DNA of 64,000 nucleotides from a virus (taxonomy: Duplodnaviria > Caudoviricetes): IMG/VR virus record IMGVR_UViG_3300020431_000005, positions 1-64,000 of that record. One strand, given 5' to 3'. A program made the translations under genes and the position numbers. A model generated the notes under the pieces. That model saw only the letters and a list, made by a program, of their open reading frames with translations. It made no database searches and was not told where the DNA came from. Positions within the stretch are counted from its first letter, which is position 1. Every line of letters begins with the position of its first letter. This document shows positions 1 to 9,300 of the stretch, one piece after another.

Positions 1-18
1 ACAAACAAACAACCAATC

Positions 19-246
19 ATGTTCGCAGTTCAACCAACCTCATTCGTCACCTTTGATGAGTACGGTGCAGACTACACACCCACGATCGCTGGTGCCTATC
101 GCATCGCCGCCATCAGACAGCAGGAACAAGAGGGAGACCAGATGATCTGGCGTCTCACCTCAGGGCAACCCATCCCATGGGTGAGGGTCTATGAAGACGA
201 GGACATCTCCAGTGTGACAACCCAAGAGCTGGCACTGCTGGCATAG
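19..246 (+). CDS. hypothetical early protein
   Basis: 75-aa ORF with an A/C-rich leader in the GC-richer early-type region. Confidence 0.6.
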   Translation: MFAVQPTSFVTFDEYGADYTPTIAGAYRIAAIRQQEQEGDQMIWRLTSGQPIPWVRVYEDEDISSVTTQELALLA

Positions 247-271
247 GCAGCGACCCCAAATCGACTACAAT
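212..271 (+). promoter_or_regulatory. putative cyanomyovirus early promoter (upstream imperfect inverted motif plus sigma70-like -10)
   Basis: GTGACA(214-219)...CTGGCAC(229-235), then TAGGCA(244-249) and TACAAT(266-271) ahead of ORF 299. Confidence 0.5.
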
Positions 272-298
272 TCAGAAGTACACCACACAGGACACAGC

Positions 299-520
299 AT
301 GAACGGATGGGCAAACCACGCCACCTGGAACGTCGCCCTTTGGATCGGCAACGATGAGATGATCTACCGTCACGCCAAAGAGAATCAGAACCTGGGCTAC
401 CGCAAGTGGGCAAAGCGTTGGATTGATGAGTACGGCGAGTACATCACAGGCGACGGCATCTCCTGGTTGTCTGACGAGGTAGACACAGACGAGATGGATG
501 CGATGCTTGCTGAATTATGA
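299..520 (+). CDS. conserved hypothetical phage protein (NGWxNxxTWNVALW family)
   Basis: N-terminal NGWANHATWNVALWIGNDE motif typical of a widespread small phage family. Confidence 0.7.
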   Translation: MNGWANHATWNVALWIGNDEMIYRHAKENQNLGYRKWAKRWIDEYGEYITGDGISWLSDEVDTDEMDAMLAEL

Positions 521-687
521 ACGACAAGCAACTCAAACGCCTCGCCAAGGTCAACGGATGGACTAAGCACCGCAACGGTGGCAGTCATGAGATCTGGAGA
601 CGAGGGACAGCGGAACAGATCACAATCCCTTACCGCTGCCGCTCCTTTGTCGCCAAGTCCATCGCCAAGCAACTGACAGCAGCATGA
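517..687 (+). CDS. HicA-like mRNA interferase fold protein (56 aa, not in ORF track)
   Basis: MNDKQLKRLAKVNGWTKHRNGGSHEIWRRGTAEQITIPYRCRSFVAKSIAKQLTAA: GW, GSH and ITIP motifs and basic composition; ATGA overlap with the upstream stop. Confidence 0.65.
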   Translation: MNDKQLKRLAKVNGWTKHRNGGSHEIWRRGTAEQITIPYRCRSFVAKSIAKQLTAA

Positions 688-797
688 CAGTATAGCACAG
701 GGGGGGGACTGTATATTGCCCCCCTATGCCCCTTAGCGGTTGCGCCTAGCGAAAATCCATGGGTCCCTCCTAACCTACAAAAGTATCCAGACGACCG

Positions 798-804
798 CTA
801 AATA
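798..804 (+). promoter_or_regulatory. T4-type late promoter
   Basis: CTAAATA upstream of the first AT-rich structural ORFs. Confidence 0.5.
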
Positions 805-861
805 TTTTTGAAAATGGTTTTTTAGAAACCTTGAAACCCAAAAAAATTTCCCAGTAAAAAA

Positions 862-1104
862 ATGATGGAAAAAGTCGAGTTCAAAGATTTCGATAGTATA
901 GTAAATAGATTTGATGAATTTTGCGATGACTTTGAGTCGCGAGCATCAGAAGCATTCATGAGAGGAGATCAAAACGATGGAAGAGTTGTTACAGCAGCAG
1001 CAGAAATTGGAGAGTCTACTCCTAAAGCTGTCCGAGAGATTGCAGAGCCTGGACCAACGGATATCGCAATTGGAGCGCCCGACGTTGATGTATCGCCGTC
1101 CTGA
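862..1104 (+). CDS. hypothetical protein
   Basis: 80-aa acidic ORF downstream of the late promoter; overlaps the next ORF by 128 nt. Confidence 0.5.
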   Translation: MMEKVEFKDFDSIVNRFDEFCDDFESRASEAFMRGDQNDGRVVTAAAEIGESTPKAVREIAEPGPTDIAIGAPDVDVSPS

Positions 1105-1204
1105 GGGAAGTGATTACGAGACTCTCTCAGAGACATTAGATTATCTGCATAATAATGTAGAGGGTATCAAGAAAGATCTTTTACAGGTTGCAAAGACAGT
1201 ATAA
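977..1204 (+). CDS. hypothetical coiled-coil protein
   Basis: heptad-like N-terminus; GAGGAG upstream; stop overlaps the next start (TAATG). Confidence 0.65.
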   Translation: MEELLQQQQKLESLLLKLSERLQSLDQRISQLERPTLMYRRPEGSDYETLSETLDYLHNNVEGIKKDLLQVAKTV

Positions 1205-2151
1205 TGGCAGTTGCAATTGTTCCTTCATCGAATGTATTAGTAAGTGGTAATAATTTTGTATTACTTCCGAATCCCACGGTGCCATTATTTCAGACTACTG
1301 TTAGGAACGCAGTCAATCCAATATTATATGAGGTGATCGACCCAAGTCTTATGATCACTGTGCAGGCAGTGGGAGGGTGTCCTGATCCGGTCTTACCCGA
1401 TCTAATCACAAGTATCACATTAGTCCCTGGGTCGGGTCCAGGGGGCACAGGGATTGGGAATAGTATAGTAAGTCTTATCGATATTGCCGAAGAACCCGTA
1501 CCGAACATTCCAGCATTTAGGATGGGGAGTTGGGTTGAACCTAGGATGTTATATGGAAGTATTGCAGGTCCACCGAGTCCTACGATGGTATTAGTAGGAC
1601 CATTAAGGGGATATTATGGTGAGAAATATTTTTACGACGCCGAGTACATGTATGCATCATATTATGCGGCGAGTCCTGATTTTACGGGAGAATTTTATGA
1701 CACCATATCCGAGGGGATAGTACCTGAGGTAAATCGTATCACTCAAATTAGTTTATTAAATGGTAGGAAGTTTTTAGAATTAGATAATATACCGGAGGGC
1801 GCGACAGAATTAACGAATGATATGTTTCCACCTCCGGCGATTCCGATTAATCTAGAACAATTAGCGCCGATTGATGAATCTGATGTATTAACAGAAGGAA
1901 GTGATTATTTGGCATCATTTATACCAGAGATTAGTAGTTGGGTTAAATGGAAACCATCATTTATTGCTGTTATGCAATATAATTATACTTTAGTTGTAAC
2001 TCATACGTGTCCACCATTTGTAACAACATTTAAAGGTACTATGTTAGTACAAAATAATTGGACTCCTGCGGCGAATCGATTGTCATACTACATAGATAGG
2101 CAGGTGGGTTTCTTAGATACACCTGACGGTAATTTCATTCCTTTAGTGTAA
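1204..2151 (+). CDS. putative baseplate hub-associated protein (T4 gp5.1-like)
   Basis: directly precedes the PAAR gene; C-terminal VQNNWTPAANRLSYYI resembles the gp5.1 C-terminal motif. Confidence 0.45.
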   Translation: MAVAIVPSSNVLVSGNNFVLLPNPTVPLFQTTVRNAVNPILYEVIDPSLMITVQAVGGCPDPVLPDLITSITLVPGSGPGGTGIGNSIVSLIDIAEEPVPNIPAFRMGSWVEPRMLYGSIAGPPSPTMVLVGPLRGYYGEKYFYDAEYMYASYYAASPDFTGEFYDTISEGIVPEVNRITQISLLNGRKFLELDNIPEGATELTNDMFPPPAIPINLEQLAPIDESDVLTEGSDYLASFIPEISSWVKWKPSFIAVMQYNYTLVVTHTCPPFVTTFKGTMLVQNNWTPAANRLSYYIDRQVGFLDTPDGNFIPLV

Positions 2152-2450
2152 TGGCGACATTAAGACCGGTAAGTAGACTAGGCGACATCACAACAGGACA
2201 TGGGTGTTATTCCCCTTCAACAGGTGTTACAAGTGCTGCTACAGTATTTGCTAATGGAATCCCTGTTCATCAACAAACAAACGTGTTCACGCCCCATACA
2301 TGTGGCGATGGTACTCATCCAGATGTAATTGTAGGTGGATCAGTAAAAGTTTTAGCAGAGGGGAAACCCATAGCACGTTTAGGTGATGCATTAGCACCTG
2401 GTGGTGCTTTGATGGCAGTTGCAAGTTGGAGTGTGTTTGCAGCAGGATAA
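2151..2450 (+). CDS. PAAR-repeat spike tip protein (T4 gp5.4-like)
   Basis: PVSRLGD...GHG and PIARLGD PAAR motifs; His/Cys metal ligands; 99 aa. Confidence 0.9.
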   Translation: MATLRPVSRLGDITTGHGCYSPSTGVTSAATVFANGIPVHQQTNVFTPHTCGDGTHPDVIVGGSVKVLAEGKPIARLGDALAPGGALMAVASWSVFAAG

Positions 2451-2464
2451 TTTTGTGGTATAAT
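2436..2464 (+). promoter_or_regulatory. sigma70-type (early/middle) promoter
   Basis: TTTGCA(2436-2441)-17 nt-TATAAT(2459-2464), with an extended TGn -10. Confidence 0.6.
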
Positions 2465-2488
2465 ATAAGAGTCAATCAAATTTGAATT

Positions 2489-2635
2489 ATGGCAAAGAGT
2501 AGAGTTGGTCTATCAGGTGCTGAGACAATTGAGTCTAAACCAAAGAGAACTCGTCAAGGACGAGGAAAGCATACCAAGTATGCAGCGACTTCACGTAACA
2601 GTGCCAAGAAGCGTTATCGTGGTCAAGGTAAGTAA
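2489..2635 (+). CDS. small basic conserved cyanophage protein (48 aa, not in ORF track)
   Basis: MAKSRVGLSGAETIESKPKRTRQGRGKHTKYAATSRNSAKKRYRGQGK; fills the gap between promoter and next gene; TAATG coupling. Confidence 0.8.
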   Translation: MAKSRVGLSGAETIESKPKRTRQGRGKHTKYAATSRNSAKKRYRGQGK

Positions 2636-3246
2636 TGGCAGAGTATATTGAAAATATGTTTTCAATTCCCATCTTTCATTTGTATGCAGATGATTGGGAA
2701 AATAAAAAAGAAAGTCTCATTGCTTTATCCAAACTAAGTCAGTATGATCAGAAGGAAGGCGAGGGTTGTCGAAGTGATTACTACGATAAAGAGAAAAATT
2801 ATTGGGAGGGTTTAGATTCTTTAATTTCTCCAGAAATTCAACGTTTTGTTGATCGTACTGGAGAAAATATGAGAGTACAGAATTATTGGTTTGAGAGATC
2901 TAGTAAAAATCAATCTCATTATGTTCATAACCATGGTGCTACTGGGTTTAGTGCAATCATGTTTATTGATTTTGATGAAGATGAGCATGAAGCTACATTT
3001 TTTCTAAGTCCGTTTAATGAATTTAAACAAGGATTACATCAAACATACCAACCAAGAGATATTAAAAGCGGTTCTGTACTTTTCTTTCCTTCAGTAATAA
3101 ATCACTTTACACTACCAAATACGAGTGATTCTGATAGAGTTATATTATCTTGGAATATGGAGCATACTAACCCAATGCCATTTACTCCAGTGGTAGAAGA
3201 AAAAGAAGAAGAAAAACCTCCTAAACTTAATATTACTTACGTATGA
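2635..3246 (+). CDS. 2OG-Fe(II) oxygenase superfamily protein
   Basis: HxH (HNH) motif, FFPS...H and RVILSWN terminal strand of the double-stranded beta-helix fold. Confidence 0.85.
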   Translation: MAEYIENMFSIPIFHLYADDWENKKESLIALSKLSQYDQKEGEGCRSDYYDKEKNYWEGLDSLISPEIQRFVDRTGENMRVQNYWFERSSKNQSHYVHNHGATGFSAIMFIDFDEDEHEATFFLSPFNEFKQGLHQTYQPRDIKSGSVLFFPSVINHFTLPNTSDSDRVILSWNMEHTNPMPFTPVVEEKEEEKPPKLNITYV

Positions 3247-3902
3247 ATTTAATTTGCAATCTTCCTGCAGAGAAAGTTTGGGTTCGTAGAGAATACTTAC
3301 GAGATCATCAAGACGGACATGGGGAGTTTGTTGAGGGCGTCTGGGTAGCTGCTAAAAGTATACCTGGACGTGCTTTTTACTTTGAGACATACTTGCCTTC
3401 ATATGGTGCGATGTATGACAAACTACCCATTAGTGCGTTTGTACGATCCCCCGAAACCCCAGTCATAGACATGAGTTTGGAGAATCTACAATTTTGGAAT
3501 TGTATGGATTATGGTGTCATGGCAATCAACAAAGGATTTGTCTCATCAATGGACTGTGAGGTCTTTACTAGAGATCATGGTTTAATGAAAGGACAATATT
3601 TGTTTACACTTGATAACTACCATGCGAATCCAGATGTAATAGATAATAATGTAAGTGAGGTGCCACAAGAGCACAAATCGCATAATTGTATTGCGTTAAA
3701 CAATGGTCAGTATGCATTGTATCCTAATAACAGGATGCGTCTGTATGACCTCTCTATTACCCCAGAGGAACCCAAGTTCCCTGACTTTAAAGTATCTACC
3801 ATAGAATACCAAGTAGAGGCAGGAACGGACTGGGGACGCCTAGGAGACACCGATGATTATTTTTGGCAAACACAAAAGGAGAAACAAAATGGGACACCCT
3901 AA
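3243..3902 (+). CDS. conserved hypothetical cyanophage protein
   Basis: 219 aa; NLP..KVWVRREYL and EHKSHN..ALYPNNR motifs; ATGA coupling. Confidence 0.75.
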   Translation: MNLICNLPAEKVWVRREYLRDHQDGHGEFVEGVWVAAKSIPGRAFYFETYLPSYGAMYDKLPISAFVRSPETPVIDMSLENLQFWNCMDYGVMAINKGFVSSMDCEVFTRDHGLMKGQYLFTLDNYHANPDVIDNNVSEVPQEHKSHNCIALNNGQYALYPNNRMRLYDLSITPEEPKFPDFKVSTIEYQVEAGTDWGRLGDTDDYFWQTQKEKQNGTP

Positions 3903-4080
3903 CCACTTAGACGGATCAGTTGACAAAGGTGAAGACTTTGTTAACGAAGGTATGACACTCATCACCGAGACTGATAGTGATAAGTATCTGAACATAGCAG
4001 CAAAGCGTAATCGCAACAAAGCAAAGAATCAAGATATTTTTGATTCTCAAGAATGGGCGGATGGATTCGTTGGTAAGTGA
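3889..4080 (+). CDS. hypothetical protein
   Basis: likely start ATG 3889 (MGHPNHLDG) after an AGGAG RBS. Confidence 0.65.
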   Translation: MGHPNHLDGSVDKGEDFVNEGMTLITETDSDKYLNIAAKRNRNKAKNQDIFDSQEWADGFVGK

Positions 4081-4086
4081 TAAATA
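4080..4086 (+). promoter_or_regulatory. T4-type late promoter
   Basis: ATAAATA 25 nt upstream of gp25. Confidence 0.7.
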
Positions 4087-4110
4087 GTAACAGCCTATTG
4101 CTGTGTCTAA

Positions 4111-4503
4111 ATGCCAACCTTTGAGACATTCAAAGATTTGAGTATTACCTTTAAAAAGCATCCTGTAAGTGATGATTTAGTGGTAGTAAAAGATAAAGCA
4201 GCTATTGTTCAGGCAATAACTGCTTTACTTCTTACAAACAAAGGAGAACGACCATTTCAACCTGATTTAGGTTGTGATATTCGCAGATCTTTATTTGAAC
4301 CTCTAGATTATGCAACTAGTGGTCTTATTCGTTCTCAAGTTCTAGATGTTCTTGGTAAATATGAACCAAGAATTGAAGTTGAGGACATCAGAGTATCTCC
4401 TGACGAACAAAATAATGGTTATGATGTTGAATTGTATTTTACCATTGTGGGTAGAAACGACGAAGTAATAGCAACAGAATTCTTCTTAGAGCGTACTCGA
4501 TAA
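4111..4503 (+). CDS. g25: baseplate wedge subunit gp25
   Basis: LLTNKGERPFQPDLG and YEPRI motifs of the GPW/gp25 family. Confidence 0.95.
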   Translation: MPTFETFKDLSITFKKHPVSDDLVVVKDKAAIVQAITALLLTNKGERPFQPDLGCDIRRSLFEPLDYATSGLIRSQVLDVLGKYEPRIEVEDIRVSPDEQNNGYDVELYFTIVGRNDEVIATEFFLERTR

Positions 4504-6299
4504 TGCCTTATACTCAGGTTGCTAATCTAGATTTTGAAGATATCAAATCTGCTCTAAAAGATTATCTTAGAGCGACATCAGATTTTACTGACTATGATTT
4601 TGAGGGATCTGCTTTTTCAGCTCTCTTAGATACACTTGCCTATAATACCTATTATACGGCGTTTAATACCAATATGGTAGTCAATGAACTATTCATTGAT
4701 TCAGCGACCTTGAGGGACAACGTAGTATCCATTGCGAAGCAATTAGGGTACAGACCGAAGAGTGCTTCTGCCCCAGTCGCTTATATTTCTTTTACAGTAA
4801 CGTATGCAAATCCTACGAACGATACAGAACTCCTATTAAAGAAGGGAACCGGATTTGTTGCAAACTATGATAACACTTTATATCAGTATGTTGTACTGAA
4901 CGATGCAAAAGGACAAATATCAAATGGTGTCGCGACATTCACTGATGTTCCTGTCTATGAAGGAACACAAATCGTCAACACATTTACAATTAACACATCA
5001 CTAAAGAATCAAAAATTTGTTCTTGATAATGAAAAAATAGATACAAACACTATTGAGGTTAAAGTATTTCCAACCGGTAGTGGTTTTAGTGAGTTATATC
5101 AAGTTTCTGAAAACATATTAGAAATTGACGGCGACTCTAAGGTAGTCTTTCTAGATGAAGTAGAAGATGAAAGATATGAAATTATTTTAGGTGATGGTGT
5201 CTTAGGTAAGAAACTAGAGAATGGCGCTAGAGTTGAAGTCTCTTACATCAAAACAAATGGTTCAGAATCAAATGGAGTCAGAACGTTTATCTTTTCTGGT
5301 GTACTAGAAAATGCGAATGGTGCATCACCACAAAGTATTACGACATCTATTACTAATACAATTGCGTCTAGTGGTGGTGAAGAAATTGAATCAACTGCAA
5401 AGATCAAATTTAATGCCCCAAAATCTTATGGGACACAGGATCGTGCAGTAACAGCACAAGACTACAATGCTATTATTCGTAATATCTACCCATCCGTAAG
5501 TGATATTATTATTTTTGGTGGCGAAGATCAAGAACCACCCGAATATGGTAAAGTATTCATTGTATTAAAACCAAATGATGCTGCTTATCTAACTTCACTG
5601 ACTAAAAAAGATATTACAGATAAATTAAAAAAATATATGGTTGCTTCCGTGCAACCTGTCATTGTAGATCCATCGATTTTGTATATTGAGATATCAAGTA
5701 AGATTTTCTATAATGGGTTAATTACTGACGAAACACCAGCACAGATTAGGGACAAAGTAATTGGTTCTGTTCAATCTTATCTTGATACATCAGGTCTAGA
5801 GAAGTTTAATAGTACATTTAGATACAGTAAAATCGTTGGTGTAATTGACGATACAGAACGTGCTATTAATTCAAATCTCACTTCAGTAATGATGAGGAAA
5901 GATTTTTACCCACAATTGAATTCATCATTCTATTATGAGGTATGTTTCCAAAATACATTTGCCGAAGACTGTGATGATCCGGTCATGACATCTACTGGAT
6001 TTAGAGTTACAGAATATCCAAATTTTGATGTTTATTTGGAAGATAGGGATGGCAAAATTGTCCTATATAGATTGGACTCTCTAAGTGGCGAAAAAGTTGT
6101 TCTCGACAGCGAAGTTGGTGAAATTAATTATGCTAAAGGTGAAGTCATACTTTACAGTTTGACTATTATTCGAGGTTCTACTTTCGACAACCGCATTTCA
6201 ATTAGGGTAAAACCATTAACTAACGATGTCAAGGCACTCCGCGAGGTTTATCTTGATGTAGATGTATCAAATTCCAGTTTCGTTGCTTACAAAGAGTAA
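4503..6299 (+). CDS. g6: baseplate wedge subunit gp6
   Basis: LDFEDIK..L, DYDFEGS, LGYRPKS, QDRAVTAQDY and YGKVFI motifs. Confidence 0.95.
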   Translation: MPYTQVANLDFEDIKSALKDYLRATSDFTDYDFEGSAFSALLDTLAYNTYYTAFNTNMVVNELFIDSATLRDNVVSIAKQLGYRPKSASAPVAYISFTVTYANPTNDTELLLKKGTGFVANYDNTLYQYVVLNDAKGQISNGVATFTDVPVYEGTQIVNTFTINTSLKNQKFVLDNEKIDTNTIEVKVFPTGSGFSELYQVSENILEIDGDSKVVFLDEVEDERYEIILGDGVLGKKLENGARVEVSYIKTNGSESNGVRTFIFSGVLENANGASPQSITTSITNTIASSGGEEIESTAKIKFNAPKSYGTQDRAVTAQDYNAIIRNIYPSVSDIIIFGGEDQEPPEYGKVFIVLKPNDAAYLTSLTKKDITDKLKKYMVASVQPVIVDPSILYIEISSKIFYNGLITDETPAQIRDKVIGSVQSYLDTSGLEKFNSTFRYSKIVGVIDDTERAINSNLTSVMMRKDFYPQLNSSFYYEVCFQNTFAEDCDDPVMTSTGFRVTEYPNFDVYLEDRDGKIVLYRLDSLSGEKVVLDSEVGEINYAKGEVILYSLTIIRGSTFDNRISIRVKPLTNDVKALREVYLDVDVSNSSFVAYKE

Positions 6300-6303
6300 T
6301 TAA

Positions 6304-9300
6304 ATGAACGTAAAGACGAAGAGAATCTCAACCCTTATCGAGTCGCAACTCCCAGAGTTTATTGCTACTGAGTATGAGTTGTTTGGGAAGTTTATAAAAA
6401 AGTATTACGAATCTCAGGAAATCCAGGGTGGTCCTTTGGATGTCATCAATAATATCCAAAAATATTCTGATATTGATTTTTACGAAAAAAATATTCTCAA
6501 GCAGAATGATAAGTTAAGTACTACAATTTCTTCTGCAGATACTACTATTACTTTATTGGATGCTAGTTCATTTCCAAAAAATGATGGATATGTAAGAATT
6601 GATAATGAAATTATTTTTTATAGAAATAGAACAGATACACAACTATTAAATTGTGTTAGGGGTGTTAGTGGTAATACTAAACTAGGAGATCTATACGAAA
6701 ACAGTAGTTTTGTTACTACTGAATCTGCGGTTCATAATGCCAACAAAGAAGTTTATAATGTTAGCAACTTATTCTTATATGCGTTCGTAAAAAACTTTGA
6801 AAACCAATACTTGGGATCATTTCCAGAAAAGTATTTAAAAGGTGAAGTTGATAAGAGAACTTTAATTAAGAATATTACTCAGTTCTACAAATCAAAAGGA
6901 ACAGATAGTTCTATTAAGTTTGTATTCAATACAATCATTGCTAAGGATACTGAAAATAAACCAGAAGTATATAAACCAAGAGATTTTACATACAAGGCAT
7001 CCGAATCAGATTGGATTAATGTATATGCATTAAAAGTAAAAGTTATTTCTGGTAATCCTACTGACTTAATTGGATTACCAATTGTACAATCATCTGATGA
7101 TCAAATTGGATATGCATCTGCAACTGTAGATAATGTATATGCAGATGGTACATCAGATGGTGAACAAATTTGGAACATTGTACTAGCACCAGAAACTGTT
7201 AATGGATCATTTGAGATTTCTACAAAAACAAGATTAGAAAAAGCAATTGGTAGTGGAGACGGCGCTGGAACTAAGATAAACGTATTTTCTACGGTTGGTT
7301 TAGATTCTTTTGGTAAAATTTTAATCAATAGTGAGATCATTGAATATGATGATAAGAATGTAGTTCAGTTCAATATTTTAAAAAGAGGAGTACTCCCAGA
7401 AAATCATGCTGTAGGAGATTCTGTATACAAACCAGTTATTATTAATGGTACTGGTGTTGAATTACTGACCCTTGGAGTAGTATATAACTTAGAAGCGGTA
7501 GATGCACAACCATTTGCTTCTGTTGATGATTCTATTGAAATTTCAAATCCAGGATTTGAAACTGATAATCCAAAAATTGTAGAATTTGGTACGAATGTAT
7601 CGAGATGGATTTTTGATACTGGATCTGCTGTAACCTCACAAACAAATCCAAATATTACATCTAGTTTAAATGATGTACCTAATAATGTATCTGCTATCTT
7701 TGAAGACGATCAATATTACTATATTACAAGTTCCAGTTTCCCCTCATATAATATTTTTGATGGATCAAAACCAGAACAAACTTTAAATGATCAGAAACTT
7801 CTGAAAATTATAAGAAAGACTTCTGTTATAACAACAGAAGTATATAAAACACCAAAGCGTGATGTTGGTCTGTTAATAAATGGTGTTCCTCTCTATAGTT
7901 TTAGAGATAGTGAAAGTCTTCGTTATGGAAAACTAGAAGAAATTCAAGTTAGTTCGAGGGGAAGAAATTATAAGAGACCTCCTTTTGTTCTTATAGATGG
8001 AGTTCCGAATAAAGCAACTGCATTCCTTAATGGTGAAGTAGTTGATAGAATCGAAGTAAATACCGGTGCTATTTTTACAAGGACACCAAATGTAGAAATT
8101 GTTTCTGGTCGTAAAGCAAAAATTCGTGCTGTTGTAACTGGCGGTAAAATTACAAGTTTGGTTATCGACAATCCAGGCGAATTTTACTCTAGTGCTCCAA
8201 TTGTACAAATTAGAGATCTTTCCGGAAGAGGAAGATTTGCAGAGTATATTGCTATTGTTGATACCGAAGGAAAAATTACAGGATTTGAACAAAAAAGCGA
8301 AGGTAGTTTTTATGTACAAGAAAATGTAGTGGTAGACATCCTTACCGTTGGTGAGGGTGCTACATCAACTCCATATCTCAAAGAATGGAACAAGAATAGA
8401 TTCGTATCTCTTCAAACTGAGTTAGACACAGAGTTTGGATATGTATTTGAAAATTTCGATAGTATTCAAAATTATGGATATGGACAAATTGCAAACCCTA
8501 AAAAATTACGTGTTTCTTTAGGTGATAACATTGATAGTGCTGGAGCAGAACCAACTGTTAAAACTCACTCTCCTATTTTAGGATTCGCTTATGATGGAAA
8601 TCCAATCTATGGACCATTTGGACATCAGGACCCTTTAAATTCTAACTCTTCTATTGTAAGAATGACTTCAAGTTATTCTCTAACAGGATCTAGAACTGCA
8701 GGACCTTCACTAGCACAATATCCTTTGGGTTCTTTTGTAGATGACTATACTTATAGTCATAGAAGTGGTTCATTAGATAAGAATAACGGAAGATTTTGTA
8801 TTACTCCAGATTTTCCTGATGGGACTTATGCTTATTTTATTACTATTGATAGTAATCAAGTACCACAGTTTCCATATATTTTGGGAGAAAATTTCTACTC
8901 TCTTCCAGTAGATAGTAACTACAACTCACCAATCAATCACAACGATATTCCAAAATCTGCTAAAAGATTTTACACTGCGGGTATGCCAGGAAATGGCGCT
9001 GGTCTTTTAGCAAAAATTTCGGATGTTAAATCTGGTACTGTTGAAAGTGTTTATGTAGAGGATTCATCAGACAACTTCTCAGTTAATTCACAACTATTCT
9101 TTGATAATTTAAATACCGAAGGATCTGATGCAGAAGCAATCGTATCGGAAGTACAAGGAAAGACTGTAAGTTATCTACAAAGTAGAGAAAACAAAGTAGT
9201 AAAACTGACTACTATTCAGAATGCATATCTTTTTCAAGATGATATTTTAACACAACCATCAAGTAGTGCTTCTGGTCAAATTGTAGGAACTGTAAGAAAT

